Below, in pieces: positions 43,318-54,901 of a stretch of DNA of 64,000 bases. A model generated the notes under the pieces. The model did not search any database. It had not been told where the DNA came from and saw nothing but the letters and a program-made list of their open reading frames with translations. The stretch comes from an uncultured delta proteobacterium (GTDB lineage: Bacteria; Desulfobacterota; Binatia; DP-6). The position numbers and the translations under genes were made by a program. The stretch spans positions 864,001-928,000 of the forward strand of contig CAWFFN010000005.1 in NCBI GenBank assembly GCA_963815115.1, given 5' to 3'. Positions within the stretch are counted from its first letter, which is position 1, and each line of letters opens with the position of its first letter.

Positions 43318-44808
43318 TCAGGTCGCGAGCCGCCAGCGTCCGAGGGTTTCCCACGGCGACGGAGCCACTGCGGGGCCGGCCGCGATGGTGGTCGCCCCGG
43401 TCGACGCCCGCAGGCCAAGCGCTGCGGCGACGGCGGCCGCCACGACCTCGGCCTCGTCCTGCCGCCAGCCCGAGAGGTGCTCGTCGACGAAGCCGGTGTG
43501 CGTCGCGCCGGCGAGGAAGGCGGGGTGGGCGGCCACGTCCTGCAGGAAGGCGAGGTTCGTCGCCGGGCCGAGCACCGTCGTCTCGCGCAGCGCCTCCCGC
43601 AGGCGCTCGACCGCGGAGGAGCGCCCCGGTCCCCAGACCGAGATCTTGGCCAGCAGCGAATCGTACTCGACGGGCACGGACATCCCCACGGCGATTCCCG
43701 AGTCGACACGCACACCCGGCCCGGCCGGCTCGCGCAGGGCGAGGATCACGCCGGCGCTGGGCAGGAAGCCTGCGGCCGGATCCTCGGCGCACACCCGCAC
43801 CTCGATCGCGTGACCGCGGGAGGTGACGTCGGATTGTGCAAGCCCCAGGGGCTCGCCGCATGCCACCCGCAGCTGCGCCGCCACCAGGTCGATTCCCGTC
43901 ACCCACTCCGTCACGGGATGCTCGACCTGCAGGCGCGTGTTCATCTCGAGGAAGTAGAAGCGTCCCTCTCCGTCGAGCAGGAACTCCACCGTGCCCGCGC
44001 TCGTGTACTCCACGGCGCGCGCCACCGCGAGCGCGGCCTCGGTGATCTCGGCCCGGAGCCGGGGCGTCATCACCGGGCAGGGTGTCTCCTCCACGATCTT
44101 CTGGTGGCGGCGCTGGATCGAACATTCCCGCTCGCCGAGATGGAGCAGGGTGCCGTGGCCGTCGCCGAGCACCTGCACCTCGACGTGGCGCGGTCGCTCG
44201 AGGAGCTTCTCGAGATAGACGCGCGGGTCGCCGAACGCGGAGTCCGCCTCACGGGCGGCGGTTTGCAGCGACTCCTCCAGCTCGTTCGCGTTCGCCGCCG
44301 CACGCATGCCCTTGCCGCCGCCACCGGCAGCGGCCTTGACGAGCACCGGATAGCCGAGGCTCGCCGCGCGTCGGGAGGCCTCGCCGACGTCGCCTGCAGC
44401 CACCTCGGCGCCCGGCACGAGGGGCACGCCCGCCCGCGCGACCATGGCGCGTGCGGTGAGCTTGTCGCCCATGGCCGCGATGGCCTCCGGCGACGGGCCG
44501 ATCCAGGTGAGGCCCGCATCGACGACGGCGCGCGCGAAGGCGGCATTCTCGGCGAGGAAGCCGTAGCCGGGATGCACGGCGTCGGCGTTCGACAGAGCGG
44601 CCGCTTCGAGCAGCGCATCGATCCGGAGATACGACTCGCGGGCCGGGGGCGGCCCGATGGCGACGGCGCCGTCGGCCGCGAGCACGTGCGGCGCCCGTCG
44701 GTCGGCGTCGGAATGCACCGCGACCACGGCGAGGCCCTGCGCGTGACAGGCGCGGGCGATGCGGATGGCGATCTCGCCCCGATTGGCGATCAGCACTCGC
44801 CGCATCAT
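43318..44808 (-). CDS. Biotin carboxylase subunit (methylcrotonyl-CoA carboxylase-like)
   Basis: VLIANRGEIA, HPGYGFLAEN, GGGGKGMR, ERECSIQRRHQK, FLEMNTRLQVEH. Confidence 0.93.
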   Translation of the reverse strand: MMRRVLIANRGEIAIRIARACHAQGLAVVAVHSDADRRAPHVLAADGAVAIGPPPARESYLRIDALLEAAALSNADAVHPGYGFLAENAAFARAVVDAGLTWIGPSPEAIAAMGDKLTARAMVARAGVPLVPGAEVAAGDVGEASRRAASLGYPVLVKAAAGGGGKGMRAAANANELEESLQTAAREADSAFGDPRVYLEKLLERPRHVEVQVLGDGHGTLLHLGERECSIQRRHQKIVEETPCPVMTPRLRAEITEAALAVARAVEYTSAGTVEFLLDGEGRFYFLEMNTRLQVEHPVTEWVTGIDLVAAQLRVACGEPLGLAQSDVTSRGHAIEVRVCAEDPAAGFLPSAGVILALREPAGPGVRVDSGIAVGMSVPVEYDSLLAKISVWGPGRSSAVERLREALRETTVLGPATNLAFLQDVAAHPAFLAGATHTGFVDEHLSGWRQDEAEVVAAAVAAALGLRASTGATTIAAGPAVAPSPWETLGRWRLAT

Positions 44809-46409
44809 CACATGCGGAAGACGCCCCACGTGGTTCGTGGCACCGGCGCATGCAGGGCGGCCGCGAGGGCGAGTCCGAGCGCGTCACGGGTCTCCAGCGG
44901 ATCGAGGATGCCGTCGTCCCAGAGCCGCGCGGTGGCGTAGTACGGGCTGCCCTCGGTCTCGTACTTGGCCCGGATCGGGGCCGCCAGCTCCTCCGCCTCC
45001 GCGGCCTCGAGCGTCTCGCCCCGCGCCTCGAGCTGCTGGCGCTTGACGGTGAGCAGCGTCTGGGCGGCCTGCTCGCCTCCCATGACGGAGATGCGGCTGT
45101 TGGGCCAGGTGAAGAGGAGGCGCGGGGAGTAGGCGCGCCCGCACATGCCGTAGTTGCCGGCGCCGTGCGAGGCGCCGATCAGCACGGTCAGCTTCGGTAC
45201 CGCGGCGTTGGCGACGGCGTGCACCATCTTGGCCCCGTCCTTCGCGATGCCGCCTTGCTCGTAGCGCTTGCCGACGATGAAGCCGGTGATGTTCTGCAGG
45301 AAGAGCAGCGGCACGCGGCGGGCGCACGCCAGCTCGATGAAGTGCGTCCCCTTGAGCGCCGACTCGGAGAACAGAACGCCCTGATTCGCGAGGATGCCGA
45401 CCGGACAGCCGTGCAGGTGTGCGAACCCCGTGACCAGCGTCGGACCGTAGCGCGGCTTGAACTCGTGGAAGCGACTGCCGTCGACCAGCCGTGCGATGAC
45501 CTCGCGGACGTCCGTCATGTGCCGGGGATCGCGCGCGACGATGCCGTGGAGCTCCGCGGGGTCGTATGCCGGCGGCTCCGGCGCCTCGCGCGCCAGCGCG
45601 GGCGGGGGCGGAGCGGGCACGGCGGCCATGATCTCGCGCGCCAGGCGGAGCGCGTCGGCGTCGTCCTGCGCCAGGTGATCGGCCACCCCGGACAGGCGGG
45701 TGTGGACGTCGCCGCCGCCGAGCTCCTCGGCCGTGACGTCCTCCCCGGTGGCCGCCTTCACGAGCGGCGGGCCGGCGAGGAAGATCGTGCCCTGGTTGCC
45801 GACGATCACCGCCTCGTCGCACATGGCCGGCACGTACGCGCCGCCCGCCGTGCACGAGCCGAGGACGACGGCGACCTGCGGGATGCCGGCCGCCGACATG
45901 CGGGCCTGGTTGTAGAAGATGCGGCCGAAGTGATCCCGGTCCGGGAACACGTCCGCCTGCAGCGGCAGGAACGCGCCGCCGGAGTCGACCAGGTAGACGC
46001 AGGGGAGGCGGTTCTCGAGCGCGATCTCCTGGGCGCGGAGATGCTTCTTCACCGTGAGCGGATAGTAGGTGCCGCCCTTCACCGTGGCGTCGTTGGCGAC
46101 CACCACCGCCTGCTGGCGTGCGATGGTGCCGATCCCGGTCACCAGGCCGGCGCCCGGGGCGTCGTCGTAGCAGCCGTACGCGGCGAGCGGCGACAGCTCG
46201 AGGAACGGCGTGCCCGGGTCGAGCAGGCGTTCGACCCGCTCGCGAGCGAGCAGCTTGCCACGGGCGGTATGCCGGGCGCGGGCCTCGTCGGAGCCGCCCT
46301 GCGCGGCGCGCTGGCGCGCCGCGCGCAGCTCGGCCACCAGCCGTGCCATGTGCTCGGCGTTGGCGCGGAACTCCGGATCGCTCGGGCGGACGCGCGTCTC
46401 GAGCCGCAT
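44808..46409 (-). CDS. Methylcrotonyl-CoA carboxylase beta (carboxyltransferase) subunit, LiuB/MccB-like
   Basis: [50 protein letters not shown]-terminus. Confidence 0.92.
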   Translation of the reverse strand: MRLETRVRPSDPEFRANAEHMARLVAELRAARQRAAQGGSDEARARHTARGKLLARERVERLLDPGTPFLELSPLAAYGCYDDAPGAGLVTGIGTIARQQAVVVANDATVKGGTYYPLTVKKHLRAQEIALENRLPCVYLVDSGGAFLPLQADVFPDRDHFGRIFYNQARMSAAGIPQVAVVLGSCTAGGAYVPAMCDEAVIVGNQGTIFLAGPPLVKAATGEDVTAEELGGGDVHTRLSGVADHLAQDDADALRLAREIMAAVPAPPPPALAREAPEPPAYDPAELHGIVARDPRHMTDVREVIARLVDGSRFHEFKPRYGPTLVTGFAHLHGCPVGILANQGVLFSESALKGTHFIELACARRVPLLFLQNITGFIVGKRYEQGGIAKDGAKMVHAVANAAVPKLTVLIGASHGAGNYGMCGRAYSPRLLFTWPNSRISVMGGEQAAQTLLTVKRQQLEARGETLEAAEAEELAAPIRAKYETEGSPYYATARLWDDGILDPLETRDALGLALAAALHAPVPRTTWGVFRM

Positions 46410-46411
46410 CC

Positions 46412-47308
46412 TCACCAGAAGAGCGAGCGTCGGGCGGCGAGGCCGTCGGCGAGCATGCCGGCGATGCGCCCCTTCACCTGATCGACCTTCTCGGCGATGA
46501 CCTCGTCCTCGTCGTTGGGATTGCCCTCGAAGCGCATCGGCTCGCCGAAGTGGATGTGGTACTTCACGGGAAGCGGGATGAGGCCCAGCGGGCCCAGCCA
46601 GGGCCAGGTGAGGGTCACCGGGAAGGCGGGCATGCCGAGCAGCCGTCCCAGCCCGCGCAGGTTGGCGATGGCAATGGTCTGCTCCTCCGAGCCGACGACC
46701 GCGACCGGCACGATCGGGCTGTGCGTCTCGAGCGCGAGCCGCATGAATCCGTAGCCGAAGTCCTGCAGCTGGTAGCGCTCCCAGAAGAGCTTGTTCATGC
46801 CCCGCACGCCCTCGGGGAAGGCGATGACGCACTCGTCGGCCTCGAGCAGGTCGACGCAGTTCTTGCGGGTGCCGACGACCGACCCCGTGCGCACCATCGC
46901 GATGTTGACCCACGGGACCGTCGGCAGCCAGTACTCGCCCATGCCGCGGATGATGCGCGGCGGCTCCGCCTCGAGCACCATCGCCGTGCCGATCATCGAA
47001 GCGTCGATGGCGACCTGCCCGGCATGGTTGCCAATGAGCAGCATGCGCCCCTGCGGGAGGCGGTCGATGCCATGCGTCTCGACGCGGAACCAGTAGCGGT
47101 AGAGGAGGGCGCTCATGACGAGCCCACGCCTCGCGGCGACGGGGCTGAAGCCGAACGCGTCGTAGCCGTAGGCGTTCAGGTGGGTCGGGATGCGGCGCAG
47201 GCGGGAGTCGATCTCGTCCTCGATCTCGGCGAGCGACTCCTCGGCGACCTTCGACGTTCCCGGGAACAGCCCGGCGACCGTCTGGAGCAGTGACTCAGCG
47301 ACGGACAC
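46412..47308 (-). CDS. Lysophospholipid acyltransferase family (PlsC-like)
   Basis: [10 protein letters not shown] (HxxxxD-type), [13 protein letters not shown]. Confidence 0.88.
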   Translation of the reverse strand: MSVAESLLQTVAGLFPGTSKVAEESLAEIEDEIDSRLRRIPTHLNAYGYDAFGFSPVAARRGLVMSALLYRYWFRVETHGIDRLPQGRMLLIGNHAGQVAIDASMIGTAMVLEAEPPRIIRGMGEYWLPTVPWVNIAMVRTGSVVGTRKNCVDLLEADECVIAFPEGVRGMNKLFWERYQLQDFGYGFMRLALETHSPIVPVAVVGSEEQTIAIANLRGLGRLLGMPAFPVTLTWPWLGPLGLIPLPVKYHIHFGEPMRFEGNPNDEDEVIAEKVDQVKGRIAGMLADGLAARRSLFW

Positions 47309-48326
47309 TGGCGAAGGTGTCCTCGAGCGAGTGTCGCGGCGTGAAGCCGGTGGCGTTGCGGAATCGCCGGCCGTCGAGCGTGCAGGGATACTTGACGAAG
47401 TCGAACGCGCCGGGCGGCACGTGGTAGAGGCCGAGATTGAAGAGCTGCCCGAAGACCAGTCTGGCCAGGGGCTCGGGGATCGGGAGCGCGACGCCGCCGG
47501 TCTGCTCGACCGCCACCGAGAGCGGTACCGCGCCCGGTCCCACCACGTTGAACACGCCGTGCGTCCCGCTCTGGAGCGCGAGGGCGACCGCATCCGCGAC
47601 GTCCTCCTCGTGGATGAACTGCATCATGGGGTCGAAGCCCATGATGGTGGGGACGTAGCGCTGGCGGAGGTACTGCGCCATCGAGCCCGAGACGTGAGGT
47701 CCCAGGATGCTCACCGGACGGAGGATGGTGGTGGCGATCTCCGGATGCCGCCACAGGAACGCCGTGCACAGCGTGTCCACCTCGGCGAGGTCGCGAATCT
47801 CGGGATAGGTGCGGCTGACGTTCAGGGGATACTCTTCGTCGACGTAGTACGGGTTGTCGGGGAGCGCGCCGTACACGTAGCTGCTCGAGATCACGACGAT
47901 GCGCTTCACCCCGTGCGCGACGCAGTACTCGAGGAGCATCTTCGTCCCGAGGACGTTCACCTCGTGCCGCACGCGCGGCTCGACGCGGAAGTGCCGGATG
48001 AGAGCGTGGTGCACGATGGCGTCGGGCCGCTCGGTGCGGAAGATGTCCTCCATCTTGCGCTTGCGGAGATCGAGGACGTGCACGCTGATCTCCGGGGGAT
48101 GGTCGTCCCACGGTGTCCGATCGACGCCGGTGAGGGCGAAGGTGCCGCCGAGCCGCCTGGCGATGAGCTGCCCCTGCCCGCCGGCGATGCCGGTGATGAG
48201 GATCTTCTCTCCCGGCCGGGCGCCGGCCTGGGGGGCGGCCGCGGCGGAGGCGGCGGCCGTCGCCTCGGGAGTCGGGGTGCCGCGGGCGGCGCGCCGCCCC
48301 GGCCCATCGATCGAGCCACGCGCCAT
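47295..48326 (-). CDS. NAD-dependent epimerase/dehydratase
   Basis: ILITGIAGGQG, NVLGT, SSSYVYG, GFDPMMQFIHEED. Confidence 0.88.
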   Translation of the reverse strand: MARGSIDGPGRRAARGTPTPEATAAASAAAAPQAGARPGEKILITGIAGGQGQLIARRLGGTFALTGVDRTPWDDHPPEISVHVLDLRKRKMEDIFRTERPDAIVHHALIRHFRVEPRVRHEVNVLGTKMLLEYCVAHGVKRIVVISSSYVYGALPDNPYYVDEEYPLNVSRTYPEIRDLAEVDTLCTAFLWRHPEIATTILRPVSILGPHVSGSMAQYLRQRYVPTIMGFDPMMQFIHEEDVADAVALALQSGTHGVFNVVGPGAVPLSVAVEQTGGVALPIPEPLARLVFGQLFNLGLYHVPPGAFDFVKYPCTLDGRRFRNATGFTPRHSLEDTFASVRR

Positions 48327-48407
48327 GTCGCTGGCCGGGTTACGCCGGGGCGGCGCCCGCGGTCAAGCCGTCGTCGAGCGGAGGGCGCCCGGGAGCCGCC
48401 CCGGCCC

Positions 48408-49364
48408 CTACTGCTGCTGCTGGGGGAGTGCGTCGGGCGGTGGCTCGGGCTCCGCGCTGGCCACGTTCTCGCGCACGTGCTCGCAGCCGTCGTCGTCGAC
48501 GGCGGGCCGCACGCGGACGTCGACCGAGAGCCGCTGACCCGCGTGGCCGCGATAGACGCCGCGCACCGGAGCCACGTCGCCGTAGTCCCGGCCGTACGCC
48601 ACCCGGATGTGGCCGGCCGACACCGGCACGCCGAGCGTCGGATCGAGGCCGAGCCAGCCGATGTCGGGAACGAAGACCTCGGCCCAGGCGTGCGAGGCCT
48701 GACCGCCGATGACCTCCTCGAGGCTCGCGGCCGCGGGGTTGCGCGGCACGAGGTAGCCGGAGACGTAGCGCGCCGGAAGCCCGCGGCTGCGCGCCAGGGC
48801 GATGAGGAGGTGGGCAAAATCCTGGCACACGCCCGCGCCGGCGTTGAGGACGTCGTGCACCGAGGAATGGACGTGCGTGGAGCCCTTCTCGTAGCGGAAG
48901 TTGTCGTGCACGACGGTGGTGGCGGCGCGGACGAACCCCAGGGCGCTCCCGCCGCTCGCCTCCTCGACCGCGCGCAGGAGCGGCGCGATTCCTTCCGGGT
49001 TCGGCACGTAGGTGGACGGCACCAGGAAGTCGTAGTGCGCGTCCAGCAGTGCTTCTCGCTCGCGGTCGACCGCGGCCAGCGCGATGCCCCGGTCGAGCGC
49101 GGGTGCCGGCTCCTGCACCATCACGGTCGACTCCGCCTCGACCCGCAACCGGCGGTGCTTCTGGACGATGTTGAAGCGGTGGACCCAGTTGCCGAAGTAG
49201 TCGCGTGACGTCGAGGGCGCCGTCGCCGGGGTGGTGCGAAGCCGAAAGCCGATGCAGTGCTGGGCCTCGTCGTCATGCGGCTGGAGGTGGAGCTCGTTGT
49301 AGCTCTCGGAGACCGGGCCGTCGTACTCGAACTGGGTGACGTGATGCAGACGAACGCGGTTCAT
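48408..49364 (-). CDS. Transglutaminase family protein with N-terminal Bact_transglu_N-like domain
   Basis: HVTQFEY, DYFGNWVH, GVCQDFAH (Cys), SHAWAE (His), LDPT (Asp), GRDYGDVAP; ends in QQQQ. Confidence 0.92.
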   Translation of the reverse strand: MNRVRLHHVTQFEYDGPVSESYNELHLQPHDDEAQHCIGFRLRTTPATAPSTSRDYFGNWVHRFNIVQKHRRLRVEAESTVMVQEPAPALDRGIALAAVDREREALLDAHYDFLVPSTYVPNPEGIAPLLRAVEEASGGSALGFVRAATTVVHDNFRYEKGSTHVHSSVHDVLNAGAGVCQDFAHLLIALARSRGLPARYVSGYLVPRNPAAASLEEVIGGQASHAWAEVFVPDIGWLGLDPTLGVPVSAGHIRVAYGRDYGDVAPVRGVYRGHAGQRLSVDVRVRPAVDDDGCEHVRENVASAEPEPPPDALPQQQQ

Positions 49365-50317
49365 GTGCCGACCTCGTAGTAGAAATAGGTGCGCGCCACG
49401 TGCTCGCCGATGGCGCGGCAGGTGCGCTCCACCTCGGCGAGGAATGCGTGCAGCCCGCGGCCGACGATGTCCTCGATGCGGTCGTACTTGAGACCGTCGT
49501 ACAGCCGTCCCGTCAGGCGCTCGGCCTCGTTCGCATAGGCATCGGGTCCCGAGCCGCTGAGCGCGCGCAGCGCCGTCTGCAGCACGCCGATGCTGAAGCG
49601 CAGCGAGCGGGGGTGCTGGGGATGGAGCAGGAGGAGCTCGGCGACGCGCTCGGGCTCGATGCGGGTGTTGTAGGTGCGGCGGTAGAACTCGTACGCCGCG
49701 ACCGACTTGAGCACCGCCATCCACTGGTGGTTGTCCGGGTCGCTCATGCCGGGCAGGCCCTCGACGAGCGTGTGGTACTGCACGTCGACGATGCGAGCCG
49801 TCATCTCGGCCCGCTCGAGCACCTGACCGCCGTTCAGGAAGTGCCAGCCCTCGTCGCGCGGGAAGGTGGCGCGGCTGACGCCCATGAAGCGATGGCTTCC
49901 CGACTTGACCAGGTCACAGAAGGCGTGCGGGCCGGAGGCGAGCACGTCGTCGACGCGGAACCGGGTCACCTCGAGGTACAGGCTGTTCAGGTCCTCCCAC
50001 ATCTCGCGCGAGATGCGGTCGCGGATGGTGCGCGCGTTCTCCCGCGCCTTGGACACGCATTCCACGATCGAGTCCGGGTTGTCCGGGCTGAAGCCCAGGA
50101 ACTCGAACACCGAGCGCGGCGCCGCCTCGTCGTACTGCGCGAAGAAGCGCTCATGCGCTCCGCTGATGATGACGAGCGGCTCCCAGCGCAGGCGATAGGG
50201 CTGATGCGCGCCCTCGAGCATCATGTAGTAGTTGACGTCGAGGATGCGGGCGGTGTCCTCCGCCCGCTCCATGTAGCGGGCCATCCAGAAGAGCGAATCG
50301 GCGATCCGGGAGAGCAT
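49361..50317 (-). CDS. Alpha-E domain protein (DUF403)
   Basis: [39 protein letters not shown]. Confidence 0.93.
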   Translation of the reverse strand: MLSRIADSLFWMARYMERAEDTARILDVNYYMMLEGAHQPYRLRWEPLVIISGAHERFFAQYDEAAPRSVFEFLGFSPDNPDSIVECVSKARENARTIRDRISREMWEDLNSLYLEVTRFRVDDVLASGPHAFCDLVKSGSHRFMGVSRATFPRDEGWHFLNGGQVLERAEMTARIVDVQYHTLVEGLPGMSDPDNHQWMAVLKSVAAYEFYRRTYNTRIEPERVAELLLLHPQHPRSLRFSIGVLQTALRALSGSGPDAYANEAERLTGRLYDGLKYDRIEDIVGRGLHAFLAEVERTCRAIGEHVARTYFYYEVGT

Positions 50318-51780
50318 CAGTCCTCGCCCTGCAGGATCCAGGTGTCCTTGCTGCCGCCGCCCTGCGAGGAGTTGACCACCATCGACCCGTCGCGCAGCGC
50401 CACGCGCGTGAGACCGCCGGGTACGATGGTGACCCGGTCGCCGTCGTACAGGCAGTAGGGCCGGAGATCGACGTGCCGGCCGACGAGGCGGCGGCCGTCG
50501 GCATCCCAGCAGGGAACGCGCGACAGCCCGACCAGCGGCTGCGCGATGTAGTTGCGAGGGTCGGCGCGCAGGCGGTCGCGGAAGGCCGCCAGCGTGGCAC
50601 GGTCGGCCATCGGCCCCATCAGCAGGCCGTAGCCGCCCGATTCGCCCACCGGCTTCACGACCAGCTCGTGCAGGTGCTCGAGCACGTAGCCGAGATCCTC
50701 GGCGCGGTGGCACAGGTAGGTGTCGACGTTGCGCAGGATCGGTTCCTCACCGAGGTAGTAGCGGATGAAGGTGGGCACGTAGGCGTACACCGCCTTGTCG
50801 TCGGCGACGCCGTTGCCGACCGCGTTCACCAGCGCGACGTTGCGTGCCCGGTAGGCGCCGATGAGTCCGGGAACGCCGAGGATCGAGTCGGGCCGGAAGG
50901 CGAGAGGGTCCAGGAAGTCGTCGTCGATGCGGCGATAGATCACGTCGACGCGCCGCAGGCCCCGGATCGTCTTCATGAACACCACGTCGCCGTCGACCAC
51001 GAGATCGCGGCCCTCGACCAGCTCGATGCCCATCTGCTGGGCGAGGAAGCTGTGCTCGAAGTAGGCGCTGTTGTAGATGCCCGGCGTCAGCAGCACGATG
51101 CTGGGACGGTCGCCGCCGCGCGGCGCGACGCTGCGCAGGATCTGCAGCAGCTCCGTCGGGTAGTGGTCGACGGGACGCACCTCGTACTCCTGGAACAGCA
51201 TGGGGAAGGTGCGCGTCATCACGAGCCGGTTCTCGATCACGTAGGAGACGCCGCTGGGCGTGCGGACGTTGTCCTCGAGGACGACGAACTCCCCGTTCCG
51301 GGAGTCGCGCACGAGGTCGATGCCGGCGATGTGCACGTGAATGCCGCGCGGCGCTTCGATCCCGACGACCTCGCGGCGAAACTGCGCGCACGACAGCACC
51401 AGGGCGCGCGGGATCTTGCCGTCGCGCAGGATGCGTTGCGCTCCGTAGACGTCCTGCAGGAACAGGTTCAGCGCGACGACGCGCTGGGCGAGGCCGCGCT
51501 CGACACGGTCCCATTCCGAGCGCGGCAGGATGCGCGGCACGAGGTCGAAGGGGAAGAGGCGTTCCGTCCCGCGCCCGTCGCTGTAGACCGCGAAGGTGAT
51601 GCCCTGGAGGAGGAACGAGAGATCGGCCAGTCGGCGGCGCTCGTCGAGCTCCTCGCGGCCCATGGTTCTGAGCCGAGCATGGATCTTGCGATAGTGCGCA
51701 CGCGGTGCGCCGGAGTCCTCGAACATCTCGTCGAAGAACCCCCCGGGATCGTATCCGTTCAACAACGAGGCCACAGTCAC
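50317..51780 (-). CDS. Circularly permuted type 2 ATP-grasp protein
   Basis: [64 protein letters not shown]. Confidence 0.94.
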   Translation of the reverse strand: MTVASLLNGYDPGGFFDEMFEDSGAPRAHYRKIHARLRTMGREELDERRRLADLSFLLQGITFAVYSDGRGTERLFPFDLVPRILPRSEWDRVERGLAQRVVALNLFLQDVYGAQRILRDGKIPRALVLSCAQFRREVVGIEAPRGIHVHIAGIDLVRDSRNGEFVVLEDNVRTPSGVSYVIENRLVMTRTFPMLFQEYEVRPVDHYPTELLQILRSVAPRGGDRPSIVLLTPGIYNSAYFEHSFLAQQMGIELVEGRDLVVDGDVVFMKTIRGLRRVDVIYRRIDDDFLDPLAFRPDSILGVPGLIGAYRARNVALVNAVGNGVADDKAVYAYVPTFIRYYLGEEPILRNVDTYLCHRAEDLGYVLEHLHELVVKPVGESGGYGLLMGPMADRATLAAFRDRLRADPRNYIAQPLVGLSRVPCWDADGRRLVGRHVDLRPYCLYDGDRVTIVPGGLTRVALRDGSMVVNSSQGGGSKDTWILQGED

Positions 51781-51794
51781 CTGCGAGATGGCCG

Positions 51795-51899
51795 AGCAAC
51801 CCGCGTGCCGCGAGTATCGGCTCACATTGCCCAAAAGACCGGCGATCTGTCCCGGACCGGGCCTGTTTGGCGGGCGGGGCGCTGCCCAACCGGCAGGCA
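51795..51899 (-). promoter_or_regulatory. sigma54 promoter with NtrC-like upstream boxes for the ATP-grasp operon
   Basis: CGGCACGCGGGTTGCT at 51795-51810; 17-bp GCC-N9-GGC dyads at 51828-51844, 51860-51876, 51883-51899. Confidence 0.75.
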
Positions 51900-51919
51900 G
51901 CCCTCGATTCGCGGGATAT

Positions 51920-53449
51920 CTACAGGGTGAGCCGGCGGTGGGCGTCCAGCATGGCGGTGCGGATGGGCACGCCGTGGGGGCAGGCACCCGCACAGGGCGC
52001 GGGACAGCCGGCGCAGACCGACGCCGACTTCTCCAGCCGGGCATAGAGGCGCATGCCCTCGCGCTCCCAGCCGTAGTCGCGGGCGTACATGCGGTAGCGC
52101 AGCACGTCGTGGATCGGAAGGCTCTCGGGACAGGACCCCAGGCACAGCCCGCAGTGCGGCTGGCAGTAGTCGCCCTCCACCAGCTGATCGTAACGCTCGA
52201 GAAGCGCCACGTCCTCCTTGCGCAGCGCGCTGCCCGATGCGGCCAGATACTCGTCGACGTGCTGCAGCGTGGAGAACGAGATCACCAGGCAGGAGACGTT
52301 GGGATTCGAGAGCACCCAGCGGAACGCGGCCTGCGAGTATGCCGCCTGACCGTCGCGGAAGCCGGCCAGGTCGGCGTGGCGCGCACCCTTGAGCGTCTTC
52401 ATCGCCACGATGCCCACGTCGTGCTGCTTGGCCTTCTCGATGATGTGCCCGAAGTGGGGCCACATCCCGAAGTGGTACGCGAGCATCATGACGTCGAAGC
52501 GTCCCGAGTCGATCGCCGTGTTCGCGACCTCCTCCAGGTTCGGCGTGTGCGTGCTCACGCCGAGGAAGCGGGCCTTGCCCTGCTCCTTCAGGCGGTCGAA
52601 GGCCTCGTGGATGTTGGGCGCCATCAAGCGATCGACGCGGTCGCACGAATGGATGTGGATGAGATCCACGTGGTCGGTCTGGAGCCGGCGCAGACTCTCC
52701 TCCACGGACTCGATGATCCGGGGCACTGGCGTGTCGCTCGGCAGGTGACCGTCGGGCCGGCAGAACTTGGTGGCGAGGAAGATCTGGTCGCGCCGCCCCT
52801 TCATCGCCTGGCCGAGGAGCGTCTCCGAGCCGGCGTCGGCGTAGTCGGGAGCCGTGTCGACGTATGTGACGCCGCGCTCGAGCGCGGCCGAGGGGACCTC
52901 GAGATCGCGGATGCGGCCGGAGCCGAGCGAGATGTCGGAGACCATGACGTTGGTGCGCCCGAGGCGCCGGTGCGCGCGGATCTGCGAGCCCGCCCACTCC
53001 GGACGCGGCGATGGTGCGGTGCTCTCGACCTTGGCGTTGAAGATCTCGCGGCCGACCGCGATCCAGCCGGCGTTCCGGCCGACGGCCGCCGCGGCGCCGC
53101 CCACCGAGGCCGCCACGGCGGCGCCACCGGCGCGCAGCACCGCGCGACGGGTCGATCCCTCCGTCGTGGCGACGAAGCCCGCGGGTGCGCCCGCCCCGCA
53201 AGCCGGACACGCCACCCGGTGAACGCGCAGGGTCGTGGCGACCACGGCCGCGAGCAGCACGATGACCGGGAGCCAGAGCTTCCACATCGGCAGCAGGCTT
53301 TTCTGCATCCCTTCCATCACGTCGTGCAGGAGGTCGCCGCCGAGCCACGCTGCCAGGAGAAAGCCCAGTCCCCACAGCGCAAGCAGTGAGCCTCTCGCCA
53401 GGCGCATCGCCCGCCGTTCCATCTGACGACCGCAATCCGGGCAGATCAT
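51920..53449 (-). CDS. Membrane-anchored aldo/keto reductase with C-terminal 4Fe-4S dicluster
   Basis: [38 protein letters not shown]; [10 protein letters not shown] and CAGC..CAGACP; AGGAG RBS. Confidence 0.88.
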   Translation of the reverse strand: MICPDCGRQMERRAMRLARGSLLALWGLGFLLAAWLGGDLLHDVMEGMQKSLLPMWKLWLPVIVLLAAVVATTLRVHRVACPACGAGAPAGFVATTEGSTRRAVLRAGGAAVAASVGGAAAAVGRNAGWIAVGREIFNAKVESTAPSPRPEWAGSQIRAHRRLGRTNVMVSDISLGSGRIRDLEVPSAALERGVTYVDTAPDYADAGSETLLGQAMKGRRDQIFLATKFCRPDGHLPSDTPVPRIIESVEESLRRLQTDHVDLIHIHSCDRVDRLMAPNIHEAFDRLKEQGKARFLGVSTHTPNLEEVANTAIDSGRFDVMMLAYHFGMWPHFGHIIEKAKQHDVGIVAMKTLKGARHADLAGFRDGQAAYSQAAFRWVLSNPNVSCLVISFSTLQHVDEYLAASGSALRKEDVALLERYDQLVEGDYCQPHCGLCLGSCPESLPIHDVLRYRMYARDYGWEREGMRLYARLEKSASVCAGCPAPCAGACPHGVPIRTAMLDAHRRLTL

Positions 53450-53503
53450 GACGCTCTCCTCGCTGTTGACAGCCCGCGCCGCGTCGGCGCAGGGAGTCGC
53501 CTC

Positions 53504-54313
53504 ATGACCTACAGGCAGGGGCGGGACTCGCGCAACGGGCGGATCGGCGGTGTGCTCCTGCTGCTCGCGCTCTCGGCCGGATCGAGCAGAGCCATCGACC
53601 TCGGGACGGCGCGGCTGGTCGACCTCACGCATCCGTTCGACGAGACGACGATCTACTGGCCGACGGCGCGCCATTTCCAGCTCGAGGTCGTCGCCCACGG
53701 GGAAACACCCGGGGGGTGGTGGTACGCCGCCAACAACTTCTGCGCCGCGGAGCACGGTGGCACGCACATGGACGCACCCATCCATTTCGCGGAGGGCCAC
53801 TGGACCGCCGACGAGATCCCGCTCGAGCGCCTGATCGGGCCCGCGGTGGTGGTCGACCTCCGCGCACGGGTTGCCGGCGATCGTGACGCGCTGCTCCGGG
53901 TGCAGGATCTCGAGGCCGACGAGGCCGCCCATGGTCGGATCCCCGATGCGGCCATCGTGCTCGTGCGCACCGGATGGTCGCGCTACTGGGCCGACCCCGG
54001 CAGCTATCTCGGCACCGCCGTCGCGGGCGACACCGCGCATCTGCACTTCCCCGGCGTCTCGGGCGACGCGGCGGCGTGGCTCGTCACTCGGCGCCGGATC
54101 CGCGCCGTCGGCATCGACACGGCATCGATCGACCGGGGTCAGTCGCACGACTTCCTCGCACACCGGGCATTCGGGGCCGCGAACGTCCCGATCTTCGAGA
54201 ACCTGGCCGCGCTCGAGGAGATGCCGGTGCGCGGCGCGACGTTCGTCGGGCTTCCGATGAAGATACGCGGCGGCAGCGGCGGCCCGCTGCGCGCGATCGC
54301 GGCGCTGCCGTGA
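53504..54313 (+). CDS. Cyclase family metal-dependent hydrolase (KynB-like) with signal peptide
   Basis: VDLTHP, EHGGTHMDAP.H, LVRTGW, GIDT.SID, FENL, GGSGGPLR. Confidence 0.9.
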   Translation: MTYRQGRDSRNGRIGGVLLLLALSAGSSRAIDLGTARLVDLTHPFDETTIYWPTARHFQLEVVAHGETPGGWWYAANNFCAAEHGGTHMDAPIHFAEGHWTADEIPLERLIGPAVVVDLRARVAGDRDALLRVQDLEADEAAHGRIPDAAIVLVRTGWSRYWADPGSYLGTAVAGDTAHLHFPGVSGDAAAWLVTRRRIRAVGIDTASIDRGQSHDFLAHRAFGAANVPIFENLAALEEMPVRGATFVGLPMKIRGGSGGPLRAIAALP

Positions 54314-54790
<477 letters not shown>

Positions 54791-54836
54791 GGTCGCGAAC
54801 CGGGATGCAGGACCGCCCATGAGGCGGCGTTTGACC

Positions 54837-54881
54837 GGCGTGCTCGGGAGGGCGGAATGCCTTCCCGGGCACGCGCCGTTT
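54837..54881 (+). terminator. Long GC-rich hairpin after glnB (possible terminator or stabiliser)
   Basis: GCGTGCTCGGGAGGGC-ggaat-GCCTTCCCGGGCACGC followed by only a short TTT. Confidence 0.45.
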
Positions 54882-54901
54882 CGCAGCGTGACGGGCCGCT
54901 C

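Noticed and set aside
48343-48406. GC-rich inverted repeat between transglutaminase and epimerase as an ncRNA
   Set aside because: Short, no U-tract or further structure, and overlaps a likely promoter; could be a simple terminator-like stem or chance at high GC.
54861-54885. sigma54 promoter for the 80-aa ORF (GGGCACGCGCCGTTTCGCA)
   Set aside because: GG-to-GC spacing is not 10 nt, and the sequence is part of the hairpin after glnB.
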